From Sphingomonas sp. (GTDB lineage Bacteria; Pseudomonadota; Alphaproteobacteria; Sphingomonadales; Sphingomonadaceae), in the NCBI RefSeq assembly GCF_051962185.1, contig NZ_JBQCCN010000131.1:2407-66406 (forward strand): a stretch of DNA of 64,000 nucleotides, read 5' to 3'. Below the pieces are notes generated by a model. That model did no database searches. It saw nothing but the letters and a program-made list of their open reading frames with translations, and was not told the DNA's origin. Shown here piece by piece: positions 1 through 10,112 of the stretch; positions within the stretch are counted from its first letter, which is position 1, and every line of letters begins with the position of its first letter. The translations under genes were made by a program, and so were the position numbers.

Positions 1-31
1 CGGCAGGCAACAGGATGGATAGGATACGCAT
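1..31 (-). CDS. 5' end of a gene running out of the window (signal-peptide-like N-terminus MRILSILLPA...)
   Basis: ATG at 31-29 on the minus strand, preceded by purine-rich AAAAGGGGGG; hydrophobic start; only 10 codons visible. Confidence 0.5.
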   Translation of the reverse strand, partial: MRILSILLPA

Positions 32-286
32 GGAACAACCCCCCTTTTGCGCCACCCCCGTGGCGCCGGCGGAGGGTCACGCCGACTCGGCTGCCAAGTG
101 GTTGATAGAGGGGATGAAGATGGCGTTCAGGATGAATGTCGGCGCCGGCTAGCCGGCCGCGAGGCCAATTCGTCTCAAAAAAGGCCGATGGATCGATCCG
201 GCGGTTCGCGCATTGACGCAGATCAAAACTGTAACGCAGCCGTACTGATAGGACCGGCTGAAGGCCAAGCATGGAACAGGTGTCGG

Positions 287-1765
287 ATGGAGAATTGCGC
301 AACGGGGGTCGACGGACTGGACGAGATCCTGTCCGGCGGTTTTTCGAAGGGGCGCTTGTTTCTGGTCGAAGGAAGTCCCGGCACCGGCAAGACCACGCTG
401 GCGAGCCAGTTCCTGATGGCCGGCGCCGAGGCCGGAGAGAAGGTGCTCTACATCACCTTGTCGGAAACCGAGGAGGAGTTGCGTGCCGGCGCCGCTTCGC
501 ACGGCTGGAGCTTCGGCAAGGGGTTCGAGGTATTCGAGCTCGTCCCGCCCGAAAGCCTGCTCGACGACGAGCAGCAGCAGAGCCTGCTCTATTCCTCCGA
601 TCTTGAATTGGGCGAGACGACCAAGCGTATCTTCGAGGCGTTCGAGCGCGTGAAGCCGTCGCGCGTGGTGCTCGATAGCCTGTCCGAAATCCGCCTGCTC
701 GCGCAGAGTTCGCTGCGCTACCGCCGACAGATCCTCGCCCTCAAACATTATTTCGCCCACAACGAGGCGACGGTCATGATGCTCGACGACCTGACCGCCG
801 ACGTGATGGACAAGACCGTGCACAGCGTCGCGCATGCAGTGATCCGGCTGGAGGAATTGTCCCCCAATTACGGTGCCGAGCGGCGGCGGATGCGGGTGCT
901 CAAATATCGCGGGCGGCGCTATCGCGGCGGCTATCACGATTTCGTGATCGAGCATGGCGGCGTCCGGGTCTTCCCGCGCCTGGTGTCGGCGGAGCATCGC
1001 GCCGGTTTCAAGCGCGAGACGGTGGCGATCGACAATGCCGCGTTCAACCAATTGCTCGGCGGTGGGCTCGAACGCGGTGCCAGTAATCTCATCCTTGGGC
1101 CGGCCGGCACCGGCAAGTCGCTGATCACGCTCAGCTTCATCCAGTCGGCGATAAAGCGCGGCGAAAATGCCGCGATGTTCGTTTTCGACGAGGAGCTCGG
1201 TCTGTTGGTCGAACGCTCGAAAGGGCTCCGCATCGACCTGCAGGCAATGGTCGATTCGGACAGGCTGGTCATCGAACAGATCGATGCCGCCGAACTGACT
1301 CCCGGCGAATTCTCCGAACGCGTCCGCGTCTGCGTCGAGAAGCACGGTGCCCGCACCGTGGTGATCGACAGCCTCAACGGCTATCAGGCGGCGATGCCCG
1401 AGGAGCAGGCGCTGGTCCTGCATATGCACGAATTGCTGCAATATCTGAACCGCCAGGGAGTCACGACCTTCCTGACCGTCGCCCAGCACGGCCTCGTCGG
1501 CGACATGAAGGCGCCGGTCGACGTGACCTATTTGGCCGATACCGTGATCCTGTTGCGCTATTTCGAGGCGCTGGGCCAGGTCCGCCGCGCGATCTCGATC
1601 GTCAAGAAACGGACCGGCACGCACGAGGATACGATCAGGGAATTCATGATCGGCGTCAACGGCATCACGCTCGGCGAACCGCTGACCGGCTTTCAGGGCG
1701 TGTTGCGGGGCGTGCCGAACCTCGTCGGCGATACCGCCGGGCTGCTCGACATGAGCAAAGCATGA
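287..1765 (+). CDS. kaiC: KaiC-like double-domain RecA-superfamily ATPase
   Basis: Two Walker A motifs (GSPGTGKT, GPAGTGKS), paired acidic residues (LSETEE, FDEE), Walker B VVLDSL/VVIDSL; start moved to ATG 287 (MENCATGVDGLDEIL). Confidence 0.9.
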   Translation: MENCATGVDGLDEILSGGFSKGRLFLVEGSPGTGKTTLASQFLMAGAEAGEKVLYITLSETEEELRAGAASHGWSFGKGFEVFELVPPESLLDDEQQQSLLYSSDLELGETTKRIFEAFERVKPSRVVLDSLSEIRLLAQSSLRYRRQILALKHYFAHNEATVMMLDDLTADVMDKTVHSVAHAVIRLEELSPNYGAERRRMRVLKYRGRRYRGGYHDFVIEHGGVRVFPRLVSAEHRAGFKRETVAIDNAAFNQLLGGGLERGASNLILGPAGTGKSLITLSFIQSAIKRGENAAMFVFDEELGLLVERSKGLRIDLQAMVDSDRLVIEQIDAAELTPGEFSERVRVCVEKHGARTVVIDSLNGYQAAMPEEQALVLHMHELLQYLNRQGVTTFLTVAQHGLVGDMKAPVDVTYLADTVILLRYFEALGQVRRAISIVKKRTGTHEDTIREFMIGVNGITLGEPLTGFQGVLRGVPNLVGDTAGLLDMSKA

Positions 1766-1772
1766 GCCGCTC

Positions 1773-4295
1773 TTGAACCGCACCATTTCCCAAGGTGCCG
1801 TCATCCTGGCACCGCATGGCCGCGACGCTGCGGTGGCCGAAGCGATTCTGCGCGAGGGCGGGCTGGAGGCGACCTCGGTCCCCGACATCCCGACACTGGC
1901 GCGGACGTTGCGCGGCGGCGCCGGCTTCGCCATCGTCACCGAGGATGCGCTGCGCGGCGCCGACCTGCGCGATCTCGCCTCGTTCATCGCCGACCAGGCC
2001 GAATGGTCCGACTTTCCTTTCATCGTGCTGACCGCGCGCGGCGGCGGACTGGAGCGCAATCCGAGCGCGGTGCGGCTGCTCGAAATCCTCGGCAACGTCA
2101 CCTTTCTCGAACGGCCGTTTCATCCGACCACGCTGCTCAGCCTGGCCCGTGCCGCACGGCGCGCACGGCTGCGGCAATATGAGGCGCGCGAACGGCTCGA
2201 CGACATCCGTGCGGGCCAGGAACGGCTGCGTGTCGCTCTGGCCGCGGGCGGACTCGGCGCCTGGTCGATCGAGCTCAAGACCGACGACCTGAGCGCCTCG
2301 CACGAGAGCAAGGCGCATTACGGGCGCGGCGTCGAGGATTCCTTCACTTTCCCCGAACTTCTCGCCTCGATTCACCCCGACGATCGCGACCGCATGCGGG
2401 CGGCGGTGCACGAGTCGATCGCCTCGGGCGATGATTACGACATCGAATATCGCTGTCTGTGGCCCGATGGATCGATCCATTGGGTGCAAGTCAACGGACG
2501 GCTCGAGCGCGACTTGCGCGACAAGCCGGTGCGGATGGTCGGGGTGACGCAGGACATCACCGCACGGCGCCAAACCGAGAGCCGCCGCGCGGCCTTGCTC
2601 GCGCTCGGCGACGGCCTGCGCCACATGACCGACCCCGCCGAGATGTCGTTCTTCGCCGCCCAGATTCTCGGCGAGACATTGGGAGTCAGCCGTGCGGGGT
2701 ACGGCGTCATCGATCCGGTCGCCGAGACGATCACGATCGAGCGCGACTGGAATCGCGCGGGGACCGAAACGCTCGCGGGCGTGCTGCATTTCCGCGATTA
2801 TGGATCCTATATCGAGAACCTGAAGCGCGGCGAGACAGTGGCCATCGCCGATGCGCGCAACGATCCTCGAACCGCCGACCGGGCCCACGCGCTAGAGGCG
2901 ATCCACGCCCGCGCGGTACTCAACATGCCGGTGGTCGATCATAACGATTTCGTCGCCTTGCTCTATCTCAACGACAAGAATCCGCGCGACTGGAGTGCCG
3001 CCGACCTCGCCTTCGTCCGCGACGTCGCCGATCGTACCCCGGCGGCGATCGAACGCCGCCACGCCGAACTTTCGTTGGCCGAGCTCGCCGGCTCGCTCGA
3101 ACGCCAGGTCGAGGAACGCACGCGCGAGAGCGAAGCGGCGCAGGAGCAACTTCGCCAGGCGCTGAAAATGGAGGCGGTCGGCCAGCTGACCGGCGGACTG
3201 GCGCACGATTTCAACAATCTGCTGACCGGCATCTCGGGCAGCCTGGAATTGATCCAGTTGCGCATGCGGCAGGGCCGCTCGGGCGAAGTCGACAAATATA
3301 TCGAGATGGCGCAGGCCGCGACTCGCCGCGCGGCGGCGCTGACGCATCGCCTGCTGGCGTTCTCGCGCCGCCAGACGCTCGATCCCAAGCCCACCGTGAT
3401 CAACCGGCTGATCGCCAACATGGACGACTTCCTGCGCCGCTCGGTCGGGCCCGCGGTCGAGGTCGAAGTGGTGCAGGCGGCGGGGCTGTGGACGACGCTG
3501 ATCGATCCCAACCAGCTCGAGAACGCGCTGCTCAACCTCTGCATCAACGCGCGTGACGCGATGCCCGACGGCGGGCGCATCACGATCGAGACGGCGAACC
3601 GATGGCTCGACCCGACCGCGGCGCGCGACCGCGGCCTTCCGCCCGGCCAATATGTCGCCTTGGCGGTCACCGACACCGGCACCGGCATGTCGCCAGAGAC
3701 GATCGAGCGCGCGTTCGACCCTTTCTACACCACCAAGCCGCTGGGCGAGGGCACCGGGCTCGGGCTGTCGATGATCTATGGCTTCATGCGGCAATCGGGC
3801 GGACAGGTGCGGATTTATTCGGAGCTCGGTCGGGGCACGACGATGACGCTCTATTTCCCCCGGGTGCTGTCGGAGGACGAGGACCACAGCATTGGCGAGG
3901 CGCGGCGCGAGGCGTTGCCCTCGGCGGAAGGCGAGACGGTGCTGGTGGTCGACGACGAACCGGCGGTCCGCGCTCTGATCGCCGATGTCCTGGTCGATCT
4001 CGGCTATAATATGATGGAGGCGAGCGACGGCGCCGCCGGGCTGGCCCTGCTCAAGGACCATGCCGGGATCGAATTGCTGGTGACCGACGTCGGCCTGCCC
4101 AAGGGGATGAACGGCCGCCAGCTGGCCGACGCCGCGCGCGTCGAGCGGCCCGACCTCAAGGTGCTATTCATCACCGGCTATGCCGAAAATGCCGTGATCG
4201 GCAACGGCCGGCTCGGGGACGGAATGCACGTCCTGACCAAACCGTTCGCGATGGACGCGCTGGCCAACCGGATCCGCGAATTGATCGCGGGGTAG
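1773..4295 (+). CDS. Hybrid histidine kinase (atypical REC-PAS-GAF-HisKA-HATPase-REC)
   Basis: H-box GGLAHDFNNLL, N-box LNLCINARDAM, DTGTGM, FYTTK, GTGLGL; PAS (IHPDDR...DIT); C-terminal REC (VDDE...TDVGLP...KPF). Confidence 0.92.
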   Translation: MNRTISQGAVILAPHGRDAAVAEAILREGGLEATSVPDIPTLARTLRGGAGFAIVTEDALRGADLRDLASFIADQAEWSDFPFIVLTARGGGLERNPSAVRLLEILGNVTFLERPFHPTTLLSLARAARRARLRQYEARERLDDIRAGQERLRVALAAGGLGAWSIELKTDDLSASHESKAHYGRGVEDSFTFPELLASIHPDDRDRMRAAVHESIASGDDYDIEYRCLWPDGSIHWVQVNGRLERDLRDKPVRMVGVTQDITARRQTESRRAALLALGDGLRHMTDPAEMSFFAAQILGETLGVSRAGYGVIDPVAETITIERDWNRAGTETLAGVLHFRDYGSYIENLKRGETVAIADARNDPRTADRAHALEAIHARAVLNMPVVDHNDFVALLYLNDKNPRDWSAADLAFVRDVADRTPAAIERRHAELSLAELAGSLERQVEERTRESEAAQEQLRQALKMEAVGQLTGGLAHDFNNLLTGISGSLELIQLRMRQGRSGEVDKYIEMAQAATRRAAALTHRLLAFSRRQTLDPKPTVINRLIANMDDFLRRSVGPAVEVEVVQAAGLWTTLIDPNQLENALLNLCINARDAMPDGGRITIETANRWLDPTAARDRGLPPGQYVALAVTDTGTGMSPETIERAFDPFYTTKPLGEGTGLGLSMIYGFMRQSGGQVRIYSELGRGTTMTLYFPRVLSEDEDHSIGEARREALPSAEGETVLVVDDEPAVRALIADVLVDLGYNMMEASDGAAGLALLKDHAGIELLVTDVGLPKGMNGRQLADAARVERPDLKVLFITGYAENAVIGNGRLGDGMHVLTKPFAMDALANRIRELIAG

Positions 4296-4382
4296 CGGCG
4301 ACTACCGCTCGCTGCGAAGCGAGCTGTCTGCGGTCGGGCTGTCGAACGGATCGATGCGCGATCGCGCGGTTATACTTTTTTA

Positions 4383-4397
4383 TATCGCAATACGATA
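4383..4397. promoter_or_regulatory. Palindromic operator-like site TATCG-N5-CGATA upstream of the ClC gene
   Basis: TATCGCAATACGATA just downstream of a -10-like TATACT (4371-4376) in an AT-rich patch. Confidence 0.45.
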
Positions 4398-4400
4398 GGA

Positions 4401-6248
4401 ATGCTGCGAAAGGCCGTCGGCACGCCGCCCCCGCGCGTTTGTCAGGAAGCGACCAATTTGAGCAACGACCGCATCGATCGCCGGCTGGGCGATTTCACCA
4501 CCGAGCCGCGCGTTCTGCTGATTTCGCTGATCGCCGTGATCGTCGCGGTGGCGGCCTTGTTCAGCGGGATCGCGCTGCTCGGGCTCATTCGGCTGTGTAC
4601 CAACCTCGCCTATCTCGGCAGGTTCAGCTTCGCCAACCTCAACCTGGGCGATCACCAGCTCGGGCTGTCGTCGGTGCTGGTACCGGTGATCGGCTCGCTG
4701 ATCATCGGGCTTATGGCGCGGTACGGCAGCGACAAGATCCGCGGGCACGGCATTCCCGAAGCGATCGAGGCGATCATGCTCGGGCGCTCGCGGCTCGACA
4801 TCAAGGTGGCGATCCTCAAGCCGATCTCGTCGGCGATCTCGATCGGCACCGGCGGCCCGTTCGGCGCCGAGGGGCCGATCATCATGACCGGCGGCTCGAT
4901 CGGGTCGCTGATCGCGCAGGCGCTGCCGGTCAGCGACAACGAGCGCAAGACATTGCTGGTCGCGGGCGCCACGGCGGGCATGACCACGGTGTTCGGTACC
5001 CCGATCGCGGCGATCATGCTCGCGGTCGAGCTGTTGCTGTTCGAATGGACACCGCGCAGCTTCGTGCCTGTCGCGGTCGCCGCGATCATCGCCGAGATCG
5101 GCCGCACCGCGCTGCACATGCCGGCACCACTGTTTCCGTTCGAGGGCGCGATGGCGATCGGGGTCGAGGGCCTGGCCGGCTGGGTGTTCATCGGCATCGC
5201 CGGCGGGTTGCTGTCGGTCATCCTGACCCAACTCGTCTATGCGTGCGAGGACGGGTTCCTCAAATTGCCGATCCACTGGATGTGGTGGCCGATGATCGGT
5301 GGGCTGGTCGTCGGCATCGGCGGGCTGGTCGACCCGCATGCGCTGGGCGTCGGCTATGACAATATCGCGCGGATGCTGGCCGGCGGGGCGATCCTCAAGA
5401 TCGCGCTGTTGCTGCTGGTGGTGAAGGCGGTGATCTGGGCGGTGGCGCTCGGGTCGGGCACGTCGGGCGGCATCCTCGCGCCGCTGCTGATCATGGGCGG
5501 GGCGATGGGCGCGGCGCTGAGCGGCTGGCTGCCGGCGGCGAGCCCGGGCTTCTGGGCGCTGCTGGCGATGGCGGCGACGATGGGCGGCACGATGCGCGCG
5601 CCGTTGACCGCGACCTTCTTCGCGGTCGAGCTGACCGGCAACACCCACGTCTTGCTGCCGTTGATCGCGGCCTGTGCGACCGCGCATCTCGTCACCGTGC
5701 TGCTCATGAAGCGCTCGATCCTGACCGAGAAGATCGCCAGGCGCGGGCACCATATCGTGCGCGAATATCGCGTCGATCCATTCGTGCTGACGCGGGTCAG
5801 CGACGTGATGACGCGCGACGTGCAATCGGTGCCGGGTTCGATGACGCTGCAGGAGGCGGTGAGCTTCCTGACCGCGCCTGAGCGCCGCCACCCGAGCTTT
5901 CCGGTGGTGGGCGAGGACGGCCGCGTGCTCGGCATCATCGACCCGCCTTCGGTGATGGGCTGGCGCCGGGCGGGCAAGCATCGCAAGACCAGCCTGGCCG
6001 AGTTGCTCGCCGGGGCGCACATCATCGTCGCCGATCCCGACGAATATCTCGAAAGCCTCGCCGAAAAATTGATGAAGGCGAACATCGCGCACCTGCCGGT
6101 GGTCGCGCCCGGCACCGGGACGCTGGTCGGCTATATCGGCTGGAAGGATTTGATGCGCGCACGAGTGAAGGTCCGCGACGAGGACCGCGACCGCACCGCC
6201 TTCCTCGGCGCCGCGATCAACCGCTACCGGAAAGCTGCGAAGGAATAG
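4401..6248 (+). CDS. ClC-family chloride channel/antiporter with C-terminal CBS pair
   Basis: GHGIPE and GAEGP signature motifs, many TM helices, CBS domains (VSDVMTRDV, HLPVV); alternative TTG start at 4458. Confidence 0.92.
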   Translation: MLRKAVGTPPPRVCQEATNLSNDRIDRRLGDFTTEPRVLLISLIAVIVAVAALFSGIALLGLIRLCTNLAYLGRFSFANLNLGDHQLGLSSVLVPVIGSLIIGLMARYGSDKIRGHGIPEAIEAIMLGRSRLDIKVAILKPISSAISIGTGGPFGAEGPIIMTGGSIGSLIAQALPVSDNERKTLLVAGATAGMTTVFGTPIAAIMLAVELLLFEWTPRSFVPVAVAAIIAEIGRTALHMPAPLFPFEGAMAIGVEGLAGWVFIGIAGGLLSVILTQLVYACEDGFLKLPIHWMWWPMIGGLVVGIGGLVDPHALGVGYDNIARMLAGGAILKIALLLLVVKAVIWAVALGSGTSGGILAPLLIMGGAMGAALSGWLPAASPGFWALLAMAATMGGTMRAPLTATFFAVELTGNTHVLLPLIAACATAHLVTVLLMKRSILTEKIARRGHHIVREYRVDPFVLTRVSDVMTRDVQSVPGSMTLQEAVSFLTAPERRHPSFPVVGEDGRVLGIIDPPSVMGWRRAGKHRKTSLAELLAGAHIIVADPDEYLESLAEKLMKANIAHLPVVAPGTGTLVGYIGWKDLMRARVKVRDEDRDRTAFLGAAINRYRKAAKE

Positions 6249-6302
6249 TGCCAAGGCGACGCCGGCATAGTTGCCCGGGTCCCGAGGACATCCGACGCCA
6301 GG

Positions 6303-8615
6303 TCAGGCGTGATTGGTGCAGCGGTCCAGGAATCGCTGGATCGCGGCGCGCGCATGCGGATCGAGCGCGGTTTCCGCACTATTCGCGGTGACCGCTTCTT
6401 CGATCTCCTGCGCCGCGATGCCGACTTCAGGCTCACCGAATGTCGCGGCATTGCCGGCCAGTTTGTGCGCTTGTTCGCCGAGCGCGCGACGCGCTTCGGC
6501 GGTGGGAGCCGCCATGGCCAGAAGTGTCCGGGCGGCGCCCTCCACTTCGCGGCGACGCATGAGATAGCGGTCGCGCAGCGAGTCGATCAGGGCTTGCTCG
6601 TCCGAACGGTCGCTCGCCGCCTCACGCGGTGGTAGCCAGGCCTGCAGCGCCTCGCGAAGCGACGGGAGGCGGATGGGTTTGGTGAGATGCGCCTGCATGC
6701 CGGCGGCGCGCGTGGCGGCGATATCCTCGTGATGGGCGTTGGCCGACAACGCGATGATCGGTAGCACCGTCGCGTCGATCCCGCGCGACCGCAACGCCCG
6801 CGCCGCCTCGATGCCGTCCATGACCGGCATCTGGATATCCATCAGGACGAGCGCGTAAGGCGCGCCCCGTTCCCGGGCCTGTTCCACCAGTTCGATCGCC
6901 TGGGCACCGTCCGACGCGATGTCGACCGCGCATCCCAGGCGCTGGAGCATCGCCCGGATCAGCATCTGGTTGATGTCGTGATCCTCCGCCACCAGGATCC
7001 TGGCGCCGTCGAAATCGACCTTTTCCTTCGGTGCAGCGGGCGGTGGCGGCGGCGTGACGTCGCAATGCGCTTCGAGCGGGACGACCAGCGAGAATCGGCT
7101 GCCGCGGCCGAGCGCGCTGTCGAGGGTGAGCGACCCGCCCATCAGCCGCGCCAGCTGCGCACTGATCGCCAGCCCTAGTCCGGTGCCGCCGAAGCGGCCG
7201 GCGGTGCCCGGTTCGGCCTGGACGAATTTGTCGAAGATCGCGGCCTGGCGGTCGGGGGCGATGCCGGGGCCGGTGTCCTCGATGCTGACTTCGAGCCGCG
7301 CATTGGGCAGCGCGCGAGCGACCAGGGAAACCGATCCGGATGTGGTGAACTTGACCGCGTTGCCAAGGAGATTGAGCACGATCTGCCGCAGCCGGAGGCC
7401 GTCGCCGATCGCCATGTGCGGCAAGGCGGGATCGATCGCCGCGTCGAGCGCCAGACCCTTCTGGTTGGCCGAAGGGCGGACGAGATTGAGACAGGCGTTG
7501 AGCGCGTGCGCCAGCTCGAACGGCTCGCTGACCATGTCCATCAGCCCGGCTTCGATCTTGGACAGATCGAGTATGTCGTTGAGCAGCCGCATCAGCGCCC
7601 GGCCGGAATCGGCGATCATCCGGACCTGACGGCGCTGCTCGCTCGGCAATTCCGCGTCGAGCAGCAAGTCGACGAATCCCAGGATGCCGTTCATCGGCGT
7701 CCGGATCTCGTGGCTCATGTTGGCGAGAAACGCCGACTTGGCTTCGTTGGCGAGCTCGGCGGTCCGCTGCGCCGAAAGATCCTCGACCACCGACACAAAG
7801 AAGTCGGCCTGTCCGGCGTCGTCGCGGACCAGCGAGACCGTGAGCATGATCCACACGATCGATCCGTCCTTGCGGACGTACCTCTTCTCGATCGCATAGG
7901 AATCGGCTTCGCCCGCCAGCAGGCCCGCCGCGCGCCGGGCTTCCTCCAGATAGTCGTCGGGATGCGAGATGTAGCGGAAGTGCAGCCCGATCAGTTCGTC
8001 GCTGTCATAGCCCGAGATCGCGGCGAAACGGTCGTTGACCAGCAGGAAGCGGCCATCGGGCGAGACGTGGGCGATGCCGACCGCCGCCTTGTCGAACGTG
8101 GCCGCGAAGCGCCGCAGCGCGTCGTTATGCCCGGCATTGGCCAGACCGGTGATCGCCGGGCCCGCCACCAGTCGCGCGATGTCGAGATCGGCGTCGCAAA
8201 ACGCGTTCGGGTCGCCTGAATAGGCCTTGAGGACACCGGCCACTTTTCCTTGATAGGGCAAGGGAACCAGGATCATCGAGCGCACGCCGACCCGTTCGCA
8301 AGCGACGCGGTCGACACGATCGTCGACCTCGCTGTCGTGACAGATTTGCGGCTGGCCGGTGGCGATGCACCGCCCCGACAGGCTGCCGCGAAGCTTGAGA
8401 CGGAGGCCAAGCTGCAGCAGGGCGGCCCCGCTCGCGGCGCGATAGACCATCTCGTCGCCTTCGCGAATTTCGATGATCGCGCCGGTCGCCGCGGGCAGGA
8501 TGTCGAGCGTCCGCTCGACCACCGCGTCGGCGATGCGGTCGAAGTCGGCGGCGCGCGCGGCGACCGTTTCCTGCAAGGCGAGCATGGTGGGCAACCATTG
8601 CGGGCGATCAGCCAT
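6303..8615 (-). CDS. Hybrid sensor kinase GAF-PAS-HisKA-HATPase-REC-Hpt
   Basis: [41 protein letters not shown] (AEDH...MDIQMP...KP), Hpt AHKLAG; strong AGGAGG RBS. Confidence 0.92.
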   Translation of the reverse strand: MADRPQWLPTMLALQETVAARAADFDRIADAVVERTLDILPAATGAIIEIREGDEMVYRAASGAALLQLGLRLKLRGSLSGRCIATGQPQICHDSEVDDRVDRVACERVGVRSMILVPLPYQGKVAGVLKAYSGDPNAFCDADLDIARLVAGPAITGLANAGHNDALRRFAATFDKAAVGIAHVSPDGRFLLVNDRFAAISGYDSDELIGLHFRYISHPDDYLEEARRAAGLLAGEADSYAIEKRYVRKDGSIVWIMLTVSLVRDDAGQADFFVSVVEDLSAQRTAELANEAKSAFLANMSHEIRTPMNGILGFVDLLLDAELPSEQRRQVRMIADSGRALMRLLNDILDLSKIEAGLMDMVSEPFELAHALNACLNLVRPSANQKGLALDAAIDPALPHMAIGDGLRLRQIVLNLLGNAVKFTTSGSVSLVARALPNARLEVSIEDTGPGIAPDRQAAIFDKFVQAEPGTAGRFGGTGLGLAISAQLARLMGGSLTLDSALGRGSRFSLVVPLEAHCDVTPPPPPAAPKEKVDFDGARILVAEDHDINQMLIRAMLQRLGCAVDIASDGAQAIELVEQARERGAPYALVLMDIQMPVMDGIEAARALRSRGIDATVLPIIALSANAHHEDIAATRAAGMQAHLTKPIRLPSLREALQAWLPPREAASDRSDEQALIDSLRDRYLMRRREVEGAARTLLAMAAPTAEARRALGEQAHKLAGNAATFGEPEVGIAAQEIEEAVTANSAETALDPHARAAIQRFLDRCTNHA

Positions 8616-8672
8616 CTACATCCTCCTGCCGACGCCTCGCCACCCGGATCGGGAAGCCGGTCGGTCGTGCCG

Positions 8673-10112
8673 TCATTGCCGCGCGAACCCGGCGCGACCG
8701 GCGCTGGCCCAGCGCGTGTCCTTCTTGAAGAACCGCCAGGCGCCGTAAATGCGAAAGGCCAGATTGGCCTGACGGTATCCGAGATTCTCGATGACCGCAG
8801 CCAGCCCGATCAGCGCGAGATCGCGTGCGCTCGGCATGCGCCGAAGCTGCACTTCCTCGAGCGCGAGCGTGCCCAGGCTGAGCGCGGTGCCGAACAGCAC
8901 GGTGATCGAGAAGAAGGCGACGACCACCGTCCCCGACTCGATGCCCATGAAATAGAGCAGGGGAATCAACAGATAGCCGAACAGCTCGCACGGCGGGCCG
9001 AGCACGTCCTCGATCACGATCAGCGGGAAGGCGACCATGCCGATCCGGCCGTAGCGCGGGTTGAGGATCATCCGGGCATGGCGCGTGATCGTCTCCATCG
9101 CCCCTTGCTGCCACCGGGCGCGTTGGTTGCGTAGCCCGCGCCAGGACGCCGGCGCTTCGGTCCAGCACACGATCTCCGGCACGAAAGTGATGCGATAGGG
9201 CTTCTTTTCCTCGCGCATCTTGCGGTGGAGCCGGATGACCACTTCCAGATCCTCGCCCACGGTGTCGTGGCGATAGCCGCCGATATTGACCAGCATCTCG
9301 CGCCGGAACATGCCGAACGCGCCCGAGATCAGCATCAGCATGCCGAGTTCGGCATTGGCGATGCGCGCGGTCAGGAACGCCCGGAGATATTCGAGGATCT
9401 GAAAGCGCGGCAGCCAGCTTCGCGGCAAGCGGATGTCGCGGACGTGCCCGCCCTCGACGACCGAGCCGTTGGCGATGCGGATCGCGCCGCCCACCGCGAG
9501 CAGGCGGCCGTCGTCGGCCATGAACGGTTCGGCCGCCCGCAGCAGGCCGTCGGGTTCGATGATCGAATCGGCGTCGATGACGCAGACCAGCGGCGCCGCG
9601 GCAAAGCCCAGCCCGGCGTTGACCGCATCGGCCTTTCGCCCGTTCTCCTTGTCGATGAGGATCAGATTGGCATAGCGCGCCGAGCCGTAGATGCCCCTGA
9701 CCCGCGTCTGTTGCAGTGTGGCGATCTGCTCGCGCTCGATCGGGCGCATGTCGAACCCGTCGATCAGCGCTGCCAGCGTGCCGTCGCTGGAGCCGTCGTT
9801 GACGACGATCACCTCGTGATCGGGATATTCCAGCGCGAGAAGCGCGCGGACGCTGTCGTTGATCGACAATTCCTCATTGAAGCATGGTGCGATCACCGAG
9901 ACGGGCAACGCGAGGTCGGCGTAGCGGGTCCACAAATCGTAGGAACGTGCCGCCGGACGGATCCGTGTCGCGAAGACGCGCGCGGCGAGCAGCAGCTGGA
10001 TCGTCGATACCAGGTTCCGGATGGAGACGACCAGGAAGCACAGGATGCTGATTGCGATCAGGGTGGTGATGCCGACGGTACGGGCGGTCTCGAGAATGGC
10101 GGCCGCGTTCAT
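8673..10112 (-). CDS. Processive GT2 glycosyltransferase (PgaC/IcaA/NodC-like synthase)
   Basis: NDGSSD, KENGRKADA, DADS, GED, QRARW (D,D,D,QxxRW); N-terminal and C-terminal TM helices; ATG overlaps the HEAT gene stop. Confidence 0.9.
   Translation of the reverse strand: MNAAAILETARTVGITTLIAISILCFLVVSIRNLVSTIQLLLAARVFATRIRPAARSYDLWTRYADLALPVSVIAPCFNEELSINDSVRALLALEYPDHEVIVVNDGSSDGTLAALIDGFDMRPIEREQIATLQQTRVRGIYGSARYANLILIDKENGRKADAVNAGLGFAAAPLVCVIDADSIIEPDGLLRAAEPFMADDGRLLAVGGAIRIANGSVVEGGHVRDIRLPRSWLPRFQILEYLRAFLTARIANAELGMLMLISGAFGMFRREMLVNIGGYRHDTVGEDLEVVIRLHRKMREEKKPYRITFVPEIVCWTEAPASWRGLRNQRARWQQGAMETITRHARMILNPRYGRIGMVAFPLIVIEDVLGPPCELFGYLLIPLLYFMGIESGTVVVAFFSITVLFGTALSLGTLALEEVQLRRMPSARDLALIGLAAVIENLGYRQANLAFRIYGAWRFFKKDTRWASAGRAGFARQ

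Noticed and set aside
287-1765. Circadian clock locus
   Set aside because: No kaiA or kaiB in the window, and the phosphosite pair is non-canonical
4296-4400. Possible fluoride riboswitch before the ClC gene
   Set aside because: Only a GNRA-capped hairpin (4307-4324); no recognisable riboswitch consensus, and the protein lacks CLC-F motifs
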